A stretch of 64,000 nucleotides of DNA from the human T2T-CHM13v2.0 reference genome, Homo sapiens. Positions 32,188 to 46,000 of this stretch are shown piece by piece. The stretch lies in the NCBI RefSeq assembly GCF_009914755.1, contig NC_060926.1; one strand, given 5' to 3'. Within the stretch, counting starts at the first letter, position 1. The number at the start of each line of letters is the position of its first letter. The notes below the pieces were generated by a model, which was not told the origin of the DNA, searched no databases, and saw only the letters and a list, made by a program, of their open reading frames with translations. Position numbers and translations under genes: made by a program.

Positions 32188-32520
32188 TAAAAGTGAGTTC
32201 TCACTTTAATGCCTTTAAGGCATTCACTCTCTGGTGTGAGACACAGGTGTGATATAGCTGTATAATATGTCTACATATTTACCTTTAGCGTAATCTTTCC
32301 ATGTAATACTCAGATCATTAAATCTGGAAAGAAGGAAGGAAGTCTAAAAGTGAGTACTCACTTTAATGCCTTTAAGGCATTCACACCCTGGTGTAATAAA
32401 CAGATATGATATATCTGTATAATTTTATTGTATCTACTTATTTACCTTTAGCATAATTGTTTTCATGTAATATCCAGAACATGAAATGTGATCATGAAAT
32501 CTGGGAAGAAGGAAAGAAGT
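32188..32520. repeat. Diverged 157-bp tandem duplication
   Basis: TAAAAGTGAG..CTCACTTTAATGCCTTTAAGGCATTCAC starts at 32188 and 32345; both copies end in AAATCTGG.AAGAAGGAA.GAAGT. Confidence 0.9.
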
Positions 32521-32843
32521 TAGGAGACCAACATTCTACCACTTAGTAGCCCTATGACTATAGCAACCCTTCTGAACCTCAGTTTTCTGATCTGCAAATA
32601 AGAGCATTGGACTTGATGAAGTGTTTTCAGTTGATCTCTTGTGAAATCAGATGCTTTTCCAAGGATTCCAGAAACATTTGATTTCAAATGCTTTTTTAAA
32701 GTGTGATGAAAATAACTCATGCACTTAAATGCATTATGTACCAAAATTTGCCTCATCAGGAGAGCCTCGTTTTTCTTGACCCAAGGTTACAATTACACCT
32801 TATAAGTTTGGACAAAAGGTTACAAATTTGATTTAGCAGTATA

Positions 32844-32880
<37 letters not shown>

Positions 32881-33089
32881 CACGCTGATTAATAAAATAT
32901 GCTTTTTGTTTCTTTCACCTATAGTTGTTTCATGAAATATTTGCTTGGCCCAGTGAGTTTTGCTGTTAAAGACATTGCCATCACCAGCCCTCATCTGCAA
33001 CATCTACTCTAGCTCTAAGCAGCTAAGATTTTTTAACTCATGTAATAAAGTTGATTTATACTTAAATTTATCAGATTGGGTGGTTCTTT

Positions 33090-33853
33090 TTGACTTAACA
33101 GCTTATTGATGTATAATTCATAACATATTGTTCACCTACTTAAGGTATACAATTAATTGGTTTTTAGCATATGTACATAGTTTTGCAGCCATCATCATCA
33201 ATTTTAGAACATTTGAACGATGCCAGAAAGAAACCCTGTACTTCTTAGCAATACTCCCCAATTTCCCTACTTTCCAGCCCAACCTTAGGCCACCACTAAT
33301 CTACTTTCTGTCTTGATAGATTTGCCTAATATGAACATTTCATGTAAATGAAATCATGTAATACTGTATGTGGTGTGTTGTGACTGCCTTTTCCCGCCTA
33401 GCATGTTTTCAAGGTTCATCCATGCTGTAGCAAGTATCAGTACTTTATTTTCTTTTTACTGCCAAATAATATTTCATTTTATGGATATACCAAATTTTAT
33501 TTGTTCATTTATAAGTTGATGGACACTTGTTGTGAGCACTCTTTAGCTATTATGAATAGTGATGCTGTGAACATTTTGTACCAGTTTTTGCATGTACACA
33601 TGTTTTGATTTCTTCTAAATATATACCTAGGAGTGGAATGGCTGGGGCCACATGATACCTCTGTGGTTAATTATTTGAGGAACCACCAGGCTGTTACCCA
33701 AACCTGTGGCACCACTTTACATTCCCACCAGCAGTGTATGGTCCCAGTTTCTCCACATCCTCACCAACACTTGTTATGATGTCTTTTTTCTTATAGCCAT
33801 CCTAGTGGGTGTAAAGTGGTATTCACTGTAGTTTTGATTTTCATTTCTCTGAA
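33090..33853 (-). mobile_element. L1MB (MB7/8-like) 3' end
   Basis: Antisense L1MB 3'UTR motifs and ACATTCCCACCAGCAGTGTATG. Confidence 0.8.
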
Positions 33854-35700
33854 GGTAGAATGGATGGTTTTTGAAAGAAAAGTTTCAGCACAACAAAGGC
33901 GGAAACTTTGTTTCAAAGTTACAGAAAGGAGAAAAAGATATTAGGGATGGAAACATATAAGTCAAAGTTGGTTAGAGAACTGTCTGAGAGAATAGGGCAT
34001 GGCAGAGGAAATCTCCAGAGAGCTCATTTGTCCAGATTATAGCCATGACACAAGCTTAATGGCAATAAAGTTATAGTCCCCAGAAGAAAGGCAGGGGTGT
34101 GTTTGTGTGTAGCTACCTCTCACACACCCAGTTTTTCCAGCACAAAGCTGTTGCCGCTTTCTAATCTGAGTGGATTGGGGATATTCACTCTTACTCCCCA
34201 CCTATATCCCAACCCTACAGTCCACGGTCTTTTCTGTCACCATGTCACTGATTTTATAGTTCCCTTCACTTAGGATGACTTCTTTATTCATCCAAATCTC
34301 ATCCTTAAGACTTGGGGACATCAGGCCTACCTGCTTGGAGCAACCTCTCTGACCTCTTGGACGATGTTAACATCCTTTTTATCCCTTGTGTGGCATTTAA
34401 AGAGGTTTGCATCACACAGCTTGGTACTTAGTGATACAATTATCTTGTATCATTCACATTATTTTATATGTGGTTTCAAGTATCCCAGTGGGTTCATTGA
34501 GGGGAAGGAATAGGTTTATACAATTTGATATTGCACATAAAACTAGAAGCATACTAGGTGCTTAGTGCATCTTTGTTGAGTTAAATAAGAGGGTTATTCT
34601 TCTGTTCCATCTAAACTCTGCTTGGAATTTCATAAACACAGGCAGGTTCTCACTGGCTTTGGGAAAAAATACCCCTCTTATAAATTCATTAATACAAAGC
34701 AAGGGGAAGAGTTGATATTTTAAGTTTACATTCAGGTAAGATTACATTGAAAATTATAACATTTTGTTCAATCTGTGCTTATTACCTACAGGACCTTGTT
34801 ATATGTAGGAAAATTATCTTTGAAACCTCTGTGTGTTGTCGAAGTCAGATGGCTAATATTGACCCAAGCTGGCATCTCCCTCACTTCACATTGGGGATCC
34901 TGTTGAGTTGTCCTCAAGGCTAGCCTTTTGGACCACTATACTGCACTTCTGTCCTTAAGCTCTCAATGTGAAATCAGAGACAGGCAAAGTCAAGCAAACA
35001 AGGCAAAGGTTAATACGAGCAGGCTAATAGTCAACAGATGGGAGTCTTCAGCCTGAGTGAGATCCCGCTAGAGGCCTTCCCTTCAGAGACCCAAGAACAG
35101 TTGAACTGGAAATTTGACCAGGAAGGGACTCCCTAAGAGACCTTGCCTCTGAGCATGTCAGCTGAAAAGATGGCAGAGTTCAGAGAAAGGTGATGGGAGA
35201 TGGTGGGCAGAGAAAGCACCAGTTCCTATGTACTACCTCCAAACCAGAAATTTCTAATACAGCAAATAAAGCAAATTGGAATGATTTCATGAACCTGTGT
35301 AGAGGTCTGCAACTGGAAAGGATGTCCTGAAAAGCACTATTTTATATAGTTTGGTAGAAATACATCCACACTGTATGAGTCTCAATTTTAAAACTCCCTT
35401 GAGGATTAGGAAACAGATTATAAGTAGCTAGAATGTAAAATAATAATAATTTAGACATTGTTTTGGAATGATAAAGTTTATTGTACATGGTAAGGAAATT
35501 ATGTATTGTAGATTTTCCTGATTCTGGGCATGCATTGGGACCACAGGTTATGGTGGCTCACATTTTAGGATTGACTTCCCAACGGCTGCTCACACAGCCT
35601 CTGGAAGTGGTAACTTTGGAAGGACTGGTTGCAAAGTGGAACCAGAGTATATTGCAGTTTCACAAGCAGGAGGTAATAGCATTTATTGAGCAACTATATG

Positions 35701-35758
35701 CTCTCTTCTCTCTCTCTTCTCTTCTCTCTCTCTCTCTGTCTCTCTCTCCCTCTCTCTT

Positions 35759-35790
<32 letters not shown>
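35701..35790. repeat. (CT)n(TA)n compound microsatellite
   Basis: Read directly. Confidence 0.95.
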
Positions 35791-38278
35791 GTTAATCTTT
35801 TCAATGACCCTGTGTCTTTCTTTGGATAGAAATTTAAAATAAACTTCCATTTTAAATATGAGGAAACCAAGACTTAAGGAGGTTAAGGAATTGGGTCTAG
35901 TAATATATCAAGTCAATGGCAGAAACACAGGGAACTCAGGTCCCTTGGATTCTGTAGCACTGGTTTTATTCCTACACTTTACCCCCTCCATTGTAAGGGT
36001 ACTAAAATCTTCATATGTGGTCAAACACCTTTTACTTTTATTAGGAGAAAATGGAAAAGAAAATCCAAATACTCCAAAAAATCCAATGCAAAAACTCCAA
36101 AATATCAAAAGCTACCTTTTTCAAACAAATTCAGTTTTTTATTACTCTTACTTTCATAATTTGCTCTTTTTAGTAATTATTTGCTTACTTCATTGCTTAG
36201 ATTTAACAATACAAATAGATGATAAAAATCTAATGATTCAGTTAGTTATATTTTAAATGTTATATTATTGTGTCACAAAAAGTAGACATGTAATGCATGT
36301 CTTATCTAACATTACCTAAAACATACTGGCTTCCCTATGTAATTCTATTATGAATACTATGCCAGTATCTTCTCTAATCATTCCAATTTAAACATAGTAT
36401 CTATGACTGGATTGTAACAGAAATTGGAATTTGCCGGCCAACACTGAATTGGAAATGCTTCCATTCAAATTTTCTTACAAATGATCTTTAGAAATGTATT
36501 TTAAATTTCATTCTAGCGAAACCAACTTAGAGTGAATCTTAATGGGCTAGAACAAAATAGATTTTGGATTGATTTTTCTCATAAAATATGCAAAGCCCTG
36601 TTTTTAAATAGAGTTTTTCCCCTTCAATATTGTTCTTTTTCTCTGTTTAGCAAATAATTTGTCTAAAACGTTTCTTTTTCAGATTTTAGTTAGATTACAA
36701 TAGAATTAACATCTTAGAATTGCCAAGGTAGATGGAAGATGAAGAGAAAATCCGGATTCCAGACCATGCTAACTTCAAGCCAGTGTTTTGCCTGCAGCTG
36801 ATCTCAAGAATTAGGTGAAAGTTTCACTATGTAACCTGTTTTGGGGCTCAACTCTTCATAATACGATCATTCATTAAGTAATATAACCATGGATAATTGT
36901 AAAAAACTGGGACACTGGGTTTTCCCCCCTTACTCCACAGGTCGACTAGGCTGACAGTATACACCAGAAAACAGGCATGCAAGGCATCCTTCTACATCTT
37001 TCTCTTTTGCTTGCCTCTTGTTAGTTACAAAGATACATACTGTGCCAGGCACTAAGCTGGTTTCAACAGCTATTTATTTAGATTGTGTGAACTGGAGCTG
37101 AACTTGAACCCAATTAATAGCAACTGAACTTGAACAAACTGATATGAAATCATTACAGGCTCAGTTCCCTGGTCCATTATCCCTGAAGAGATCATCCGAC
37201 AGCACTCCAGGTGCCTTTTCTATGCCAAATCTTGGTGCAGTGCCCAATCAGAGAGTGTCGGGGGGATTAGAAGTTCGGTTGCATCGGAGTTAGCTCATTA
37301 CCACATTTGTGATCGCTTTCACAGAGAGGAGAGGTGGTGATCCCACTGGGCAGGATTGCAGAGAAGGCTTTGTTTTCAACACCATCTGGCACATGGTTGG
37401 CACTCATTAACACAGCACAATGTCGATTAAAATAATAATTGTACGTGGCAGCAATGCTGCTTAGACAGGTCCCCACCTTTGGCCTTCCAGCAAAGGAAAT
37501 TGAAGAAAGAGAAGGCTGAGGAGTTGCCTCTGGTAACTCTGGTCTCTGGGTTTGCATCTTTCTTCATGCCCACACCTTTTTTTTTTTTTTTTTTTTGGTA
37601 AAGAAGCTACTTTTTTAAATGTATGTATTTATTTTTATTTTTAGCAGCAGTACCCCCCCACCCCCCGCCAAATCCCCCTGTTTTTTTAAACTGGGAATAC
37701 CATGAGTCTGACCTTGTTCGCAGTTCCCAAGGACCCTAATTACAGAGCTCCGGCTGTAGCTGGACTCCCAATTCAATACTGCAGCCAGGAAATATTTGCT
37801 GAAAGGGGATTCTATGCAGTCATATTTCTTCTGCAACTTGAATTATATATAATTAAGAGTTTTAGGCTTTTCTCTTTTAAAGGATGCATGGATGAACTCA
37901 ATCATTCAGGTGCTGAGTTAAGACTACACTGCCTTTCCTTAAAAAAACAGATGTGTATTTACTTCGGCAGCTCCAGATCTTGACTCTGGTAGCATCTACT
38001 TGATTTGCTGTTTGGGGGATAGGAGTGCAGATTTTTGAAAGAAATTGTTTGAGTTTGAATCCTGTTTCTACCATATACTAGGTGTGTGGTGAGGAGAAAA
38101 TCCCTTAACTCTTGGTCTCCCTTTTCTTCACTGCTGCTATGGTGGTAATAGTCATCCCTAAGCTTTAGGATTTCTGTGAATATAAACAAACATGTAATAC
38201 ACTAAGAATAATGCCCAGTGCAGGGTGAGCTCTTGATATGCATTAGCTATGATCATGTATGCCTCACCATCATTTTCT

Positions 38279-38570
<292 letters not shown>

Positions 38571-38899
38571 CCTCACTGTTATTTTCTGCAAGAGTTTATT
38601 CTTCCTCCAGATTGTGCCTCATACCTATTTAAATTTTTTATTCCCAAATGATAGGATTTACTAGTTGTAGTGATGTAGGTAGTGGTTATGTGGACATTTG
38701 TCCAGATATGTTGATCAACTTTTTTTGGTAGGACACTATTATTTAATTCCTTGTCATGCTAGACCAAGGTTAGAAGAAGCCAATTGATGTGGGTAATTTC
38801 CTCATAGATCTATAATACCTTCATACCATAATAATTAATGAAGCACATCATTTGTTTCCAGAGCAGATTATGCATATCTTAAACAAAAGAAATAAGTTG

Positions 38900-39800
38900 T
38901 ATATTTCAAGCCTATAGGTAAGCACTATAACTAATGATCATGTGGTTTTCTCTGGTTGTGGAACCATAAACAGCATGCCCTCTGGCACTGTAATGATTTG
39001 TATTCTATAATACTCAGTGTAACCATGGTTTTTATTCTGTTTGCCGTTTGGTATGTGGAAAAGCCTTCAAGAAACTGGCTTTTTGCAGGAGTGTTTACAT
39101 ATCATTCATGCCACCAAGAGAAGATGACCGACATTTTAGATGCAGAAGAAAGATTAAATGCATTCAGTTTAACTAGCGGCACTAAAAAGGGCTGCATCTT
39201 TGTATTGTTGCTGTTTATCTTCTTTCCAGCAGTGGAATATTGAGCTTCCCCAGGCTGTGATTCAGGTATTAATGCCGATTTTAGGTCGGGCAAGAGTGTG
39301 TTCAGTCTGCGGCACTTAGATAGCAAAGGCAAACTGCTCACGGCTATTAGTCAGGAGTTTCTGTATGCCAGTGATTGCATGCTTGTGACTCATAATCAGG
39401 GTGATTCACAGCAACCGTTAGATGGGCTTGCTGTGGCTGTGTTTTTCGTTTGGACTGCTGTCATTGCCAAAAGTGTCAGCCTTTCTCCTACAGATCTGAC
39501 CGTGTGACACATGCACAGTGCCCTTTGGTTGTGCTGAATGGCTCACCACTAACATCATGGCTAAGTTTTATTATCTTGGAGGAATTGTCTCTCACAGTGA
39601 GTCCCAATTAGACAAATGAATTTTGTGTTGTTTTCTTTCTGAAGTGTTACTCTGGGATTGTTGACAGAATTTGTGCCACAGTGTTCTCTTGGGCAGTCTG
39701 AATTCCAGATTCTCTATCTTGGTTTAACTATGCTCTCACTTGAGAATCAGCAAGGAGATGTCATGTTATCTGTTTTTCTGTATACGTGGAGCTGTATCGG
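38900..39800 (+). mobile_element. Ancient RTE-clade LINE reverse-transcriptase fossil (MamRTE1/L4-like)
   Basis: Ordered RT motifs on + strand: DLYSIILSVTMVF, GMWKSLQETG, AFSLTSGTKKGCIFVLLLFIFF, FRSGKSVFSLRHL, EFLYASDCMLVTH, KFYYLGGIVS. Confidence 0.75.
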
Positions 39801-40491
39801 TGGTCTGGGTTCCTGCTGAGCAGATACATAAATAACCACACGTCTCTCTGGGTTTAATACCAGCCCGGTTCTGACATCCAAGGCTGACTCCTATTCCATG
39901 TTTTGCCCCAACCACCGAACACGATGCTCTGACCCCTCAACACACAGATGCCTTGTACCTGACCTAATAAGTTGAGTCAGCAACCTGTATTTCTGATTTG
40001 TCCATTAATTCTGTGTGTCCTGGTTGAGACCCACTTGCATTTCTGCATGCTTGCTTAACCTACGCCTGTCACAACTACCTCTGTTCCTTTTTGAACTTAA
40101 CAAACATTTATACAGCCCGCGGTACGCTAGGGTCTGAGCATACAACTGGGAAAAGATAGATAGGATCTCTGTTCTCATGAAACTTCCCTTCTGGCTCTTA
40201 GAAGTTATACATGTAAACAAATGCACAAGAGTCTCTCTGATGGTAACAATGCAATGAAGAAAATGAAACAGGATAAAGGAATAGAGAGCAAGTAACTATG
40301 ACAGGGCTATTCTGAGAGTAGAGGGAAAGGTGGGAGAACATTCTACGCAGAGGGACCAGCTAGTACAAAGGCACTAGGGCAGTCTGGGTGAATTTGGAAA
40401 GATAGAGAGCCAAGGAGGCCAGGGTGGCTGCAGTGTAGTGGGTGGGCAGAGAAGAGCCAGATGAGACAGAGTCAAGCCTGATATAGACAGT

Positions 40492-43086
40492 CTTTTTTCT
40501 ATTTTATTTTAAAATATTTAATTTACAAATAAAAATTGTATAAATTATACATGTACAGGGTGATGATTTGATCTGTGCATGCATTGTGTACTTATTACCA
40601 CAATCAAATCAACACATTCATCATCATCCTTAGTTACCATTTGTGCATGTGTCTATATGGTGAGGGCACTTAAAAATCTTCTCTCATCAAATTTCAGGTA
40701 AACAACACAGTATTATTAACTATATTTAATGCTGTACATGAGATCCCCAGAATTTATCCATCTTGTAACTGAAGGTTTATACCCTTTGACCAACTTCTCA
40801 ACACTTCCTCCAACCCTTCATCCATGACACCCATGATTCTACTGTCTGCTTCTATGATTTAAACTGTTTTAGATTCTGCATATGATTGAGATGAGATACT
40901 CTTTGTCTTTTGGTGTCTGGCTTATTTCGCTTAGCATAATGTCCTCCAAGTTTATCCATGATGTTGCAAATTGCAAAATGTTCTTCTTCTTATGGCTGAA
41001 CGATATTCTCTTGTTTAGACACACCACATTTTCTTTATTAATTCATCAGTGGACACCGAGGTTGTTATTGTAGGTGTTATTTACACCTATCTTAGTTATT
41101 GAAGTAACGCTGTAATGAACATGAGGGTGTAGATACCTCTTTGAGATATTGATTTAAATTCCTTTGGATATATGACCAAAGGTGCAATTCCTTTGGATAT
41201 ATGGCTGGACCATAGGGTACTTATTAATTTACACATTTTTAATTTTTTAAGGAACCTCCATACTGTTCTCTATAATGACTGCACCAATTTCCATTCCCAT
41301 CGTGCACAAGGCTTCCCTTTTCTCCACAGCCTTTCCAATAGCCAGCTGCTATTTCATCTTTCTGATAATAGCCATCCTAACAGGTATGAGGTGATATCTC
41401 ATTGTGGTTTTGATTTGCATTTCTCTGATGATTAGTGATGTTGTGCACCTTTTTATATATCTGTTGGCCATTTGTATGTATTCTTTGAAAAAAATGTCTA
41501 TTCATGTCCTTTGCCCATTATTAAATCTGGTTATTTGTTTTTTGATATTGAGCTGCTTGAATTTATAATATTTTTGGAGACTAATCCCTCATCAAATATA
41601 CAGTTTGCAAATAATTTTTCCCAATTCATAGGTTGCCTTTTCATTTTGTGGATTTTTTTTTCCTTTGCTGTGCAGAAGCTTTTTAGTTTGGTGTAGTCCT
41701 GCTTGTTTGCCTTTGCTTTTGTTGCCTGTGCTTTTAGTGTCATATCCAAATATCATTGCCAAGATCAATGTAAAGGAGCTTTTTCACTGTGCTTTTTCCT
41801 AGGAATTTTACATTTTCAGATGTTACATTTAAGTCGTTAGTCTTTTTTGAGTTAATTTTTGTATATGAGGTAAGATAAGGGCCTAATTTCATTATATTGC
41901 ATGTGTATATTTGGTTCACACAGCATCATTTATTGAAGAGACTATCCTTTCCCCATTTTGCATTCTTGGCACTCTTGTCAAAGATTAGTTGACCATATAT
42001 GCACAGGTTTATTTTTGTGCTCTCTGTTCTGTTCCATTGGTCAATGTGTCTTGTTTTTATGCCAATACCATACTGTTTTATTACTGTGGCTATGTACTTT
42101 TGTAATACAGTTTAAAATCAGGGTATGATGCCTCCAGCTTTGTTCTTTTTGCTCAAGATTACTTTTGGTATTTGGGGGCTTTTTGTGGTTCCATATGAAT
42201 TTTAGGGTTTTTTTCTGTTTCTGTGAAAAATAGAATTGGAATTTATATAGGAATTAAACTGAATCTGTGGATCACTTTGGGTAGTATGGACATTTTAACA
42301 ATATTAATTTTTTAATCCATGAACGTGAGATCTCTCTCCATTAATTTGAGTCTTCAATTTCTTTCAACAACATCTTATAGTTTTTGATGTACAGATCTTT
42401 TACCTCCTCACATTAACAGAATGAAAGATAAAAATCATATGGTTCTCTCAACATGTGCAGAAAAATTCAATATTCTTTCATAATTAAAAACTCTTAATAG
42501 ATTATTTGACCAAATTCAACATTCTTTCATGATAACAACTCATAACAAATTAGGTATAGAATGAATTTATCGCAACATAACAAAGGTTCTGACAAGCCCA
42601 CACCTAATATAATACTCAACATGAAAAGCTGAAAGTTTTTAAGGTTAACAGGAGCAGACTCATAGTCGACAGATGGGAGTCTTCAGCCTGAGTGAGGTCC
42701 CACTAGCGGCCTTCCCTTCAGAGACCTCTAAGATCAGGAACCAGACAATGATGTCCATCTCTCACCACTTCTATTCAACATAGTCCCATAAGTCCTAGCC
42801 AGAGCAATTAGGCAAGAAAAACAAAAGACATCCGAATTAGGAAGAAATTAAATTGTCTCTGTTTGCAGATGTCATGATCTTTTACATAGAAAACCCTAAG
42901 GAAAACCCAAAGAAACTGTTAAAACTAATAAATTCAGTAATCAATTCAGTAAAGTTCGGGATATAAAAATCAACGTACAAAAGTCAGTTGTGTTTTTATA
43001 CACTAACATTTAACTATCTGAAAAGGAAGTTTAGAAAACAATTCCATTTACAATAGCATCAAAAAGAGTTAAACATTTGGGAATAG
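40492..43086 (-). mobile_element. L1MA8/9-like element with 5' inversion (42409-43086 on + strand)
   Basis: Antisense 3'UTR/ORF2 to ~42408, then sense ORF2 piece HINRMKDKNHM...[11 protein letters not shown]; L2 sequence on both sides. Confidence 0.85.
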
Positions 43087-46000
43087 ATTGTAATCTGGTA
43101 GATCTTGGTTAGAGTTTATTGGATTTTAATAGAAATGGCAAGAAACAAGAATATGAAGCAGGAAAGTGCTAAAATCTGATTTATTTTGTGTCTCTGTTTC
43201 AGCCTACTTTATTTAAGTATGATCTCTAGTGCCAGGTTGCTAGCCCTATCTCAGTTTCTGACTCATATTTTTGACATCAGCTTTAAAAATGTTCACAAAT
43301 ATATATGCACTTGGTTTTCATTATTTTGCTGTGTCAAATACAGAACAGATTTGTTTTGGGTATTAGAGCCTTTCTCCACTATTCACCACCATCACCCTCT
43401 ACTCACATCACTGTCTTTCTACAGAAGGCCGCCTTTGACTCCGAGAGACATAACCTCTTCTGCCTCTGTGGTGTCTTTGTGCCTAGTACTTACCACTTCC
43501 TTTGCTCTACCTCATCCTATAAGTGTCTTTCCCCTATGGGCTTGGAGTTCTTTGGAGGGAGTCCATTTTCTCATTCATCTAAGTTTTCCCTAGCTTCCAG
43601 CTTAGTGCTTTGAACATAGTAGGGGAAAGATGGATATATAGATGAATGGATTACGAATACCCACTAAAATGTTCAGTCTGCTATGAAGCCCTCTTCAACA
43701 GTTAGAATTATAATTCTCCCTCTTGCTCCTACAGCGCTTTCCAGTGACTGCTTGGAATCTTTAGTGGCATTGTGTTATGCATTAGTATGTATCTTTAGAG
43801 CCCTTTGGGGGTCAAGGACTATGTCATAGTCATCTTTGTTTCCCCAGGATTTAACACAGTTTCTAGCATTTAGCAATCTTCAGTAAGTGCCTGGACAAAA
43901 GATGTTAAACAGGACATAAAACTCCAAAAACAGAAGGGCTGTGGAAGTGTATTACCAGACAGAACCCTGGGCTAGATGTGTTTTCTTAAGGCACTTGTAA
44001 TTCCTCAGAAACTTCCCAAACCAATAGGGAGTTGCAAACCTGCTATGGAGCATCCTCCAGGAAAGCAGCTTTGGAGCTATTTTTCCCGCCAAACTCTTTT
44101 GACCATAACACAAAGCCAGAAATTGATTTTGCATTGCAAGCCAGTATATAACTGTTCTGCAAAACAAAAATGCATCTTTACTCTGTAATACAGTCCAATA
44201 TCTTCTATGCCCTCTGTGGTATAGAATGCTGATCATGACCCTTTAAACTGATTTTAAGACTCGTGAATAGGTTGCAGCCCACAGATTGAGAAAACCCTGT
44301 TTTTGAGGACAGAGATAGTCCCCTGAGGTGAGCTTCAGAGGAAGAAGCATGAGCTTTACCTGGAACCCATAATATCTCACTGTACTCTGACTGTTTGTTG
44401 AATATTTGTATAAATTTAGCAATGACCAAGCGACAACCAATTAAAACAAGGCATCCTGGCCAAAAAGAATCAAGTTGTGTAGTGGAGACATCTTTGTCAT
44501 TTAGAATTGAGTTGTTTGAATGCTGAAAAGTTGTTAGAGATAGGTCCACCAGTCACTTAGTTCACCATATCCAAATACAGCATTGTGAATATTTGAGGTA
44601 AATGTGTTGCTTCTAAAATGAAACTGTGGGCCCACTGAGATATAGGGAACTTAACGTTTCTTCTGCCAATATGTTGACATAAATATTGATGTTGTTAAGC
44701 ATGTATGAATAGGAGAACTATTTCAGTCTTTTTATCTCTTTAAAACTAATTTAAATCTGAGCATTAAAAGACTGTTTGATACCATATGTTTGTTTTAGAT
44801 AGGAAACAAAATCTATTCTAAACATAAGGGCTTATGAAATCTGTATTCTGAACATAAGAGCTTATAAAATTAGTATATAGGACTGGAAGCTATGGTAAAT
44901 TGTTTCATGGCCACAGATTCCTCCCGTGTTAGTATGCATGGCCCTTTGTAATGTGACCTTGCTGTTCCTCCTGTCCAGAGGGGGGTCTGTTTACCCAACC
45001 CTTGCTAAGATATGTTGCTTTTATGCTGTGCTAAGAATCCAACATTTGCTCAGTAATGTCTTTTTATTGTGGAATGTAAGTCCAGCATGAAATTGTTGAT
45101 TTTTCTCTTTGAAGACCATTTAAAAGCTACTTTTGAAAGTGACCAAGGTCTGTGGACATGAGCATCACAAGCCTTTTGTGAAAATATTAGATAGACTTCA
45201 AGAACACAACCAAAGACTGCCACAGACTAGAAAGATACACATCACAAATCCATTTAGCTGTGTACGTGAAAGGAACAAATTAAAAGGTTCAGCAATGTCA
45301 CTGGCATATCTGAGAATTCAACCTATTTCATTTTGAGACCCACATACCTTATCTGTGAAGGCAACTCTGTGTGTGCGTTTTCCAATCTAGATGGATAGCA
45401 TAGAATGAGATGACCTAGACAAGCACAGCACAAAGACAGTTGTGATAGCATCCGAACTTTCATGTGTAGCTTATAAGGGCAATTCCTCCTTTTCTATGTA
45501 GGCCTTTTTTGAAAATAGCACTGTGCATTGGTTTGCTTACCCTGAGAAGACCTGAAAGATGAGATTATGATCTTTCATCTCAAATTAAAGAAGGCTTGTC
45601 TCAGGAACCATTTGACAAGTTCAAACGCTGCTGACTTAGATACTGGCCTCTTATCAGCACCTTCAATTTAATGTTTGGAGTGAGTGGTAGGCCTATGTTG
45701 TTGAATTTTTATCATATTTCCCCTCATCTTGGTAGATTATGCTTTAATTCACTATTCTGTGACTTATCAATATTGTCTATTTTATGCTATTGAGCTATAA
45801 TAAATAAATAGCGTAATGCAGTAGTTACAGGTAGTGAAATTGAGGCAAAATGGGCTTGTGACATAGGCTAGATCAAAAAGGTATTACCTGCAAGTTAATA
45901 AGTAGCTCAGATTCTGCTATAATTTGCTTTATTCATAGGTCTTGTGGGGGAAAAAATAAAATAAGCTTTCTCGTTCTGATAATCCCTTAAAAGAGTCATG

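Noticed and set aside
38956-39507. Domesticated RT protein-coding gene
   Set aside because: Internal stop, frameshifts in flanking motifs and loss of the catalytic DD; kept only as a fossil/possible regulatory element.
44808-44870. ~30-bp two-copy tandem repeat (TATTCT.AACATAAG.GCTTAT.AAAT)
   Set aside because: Ordinary slippage duplication.
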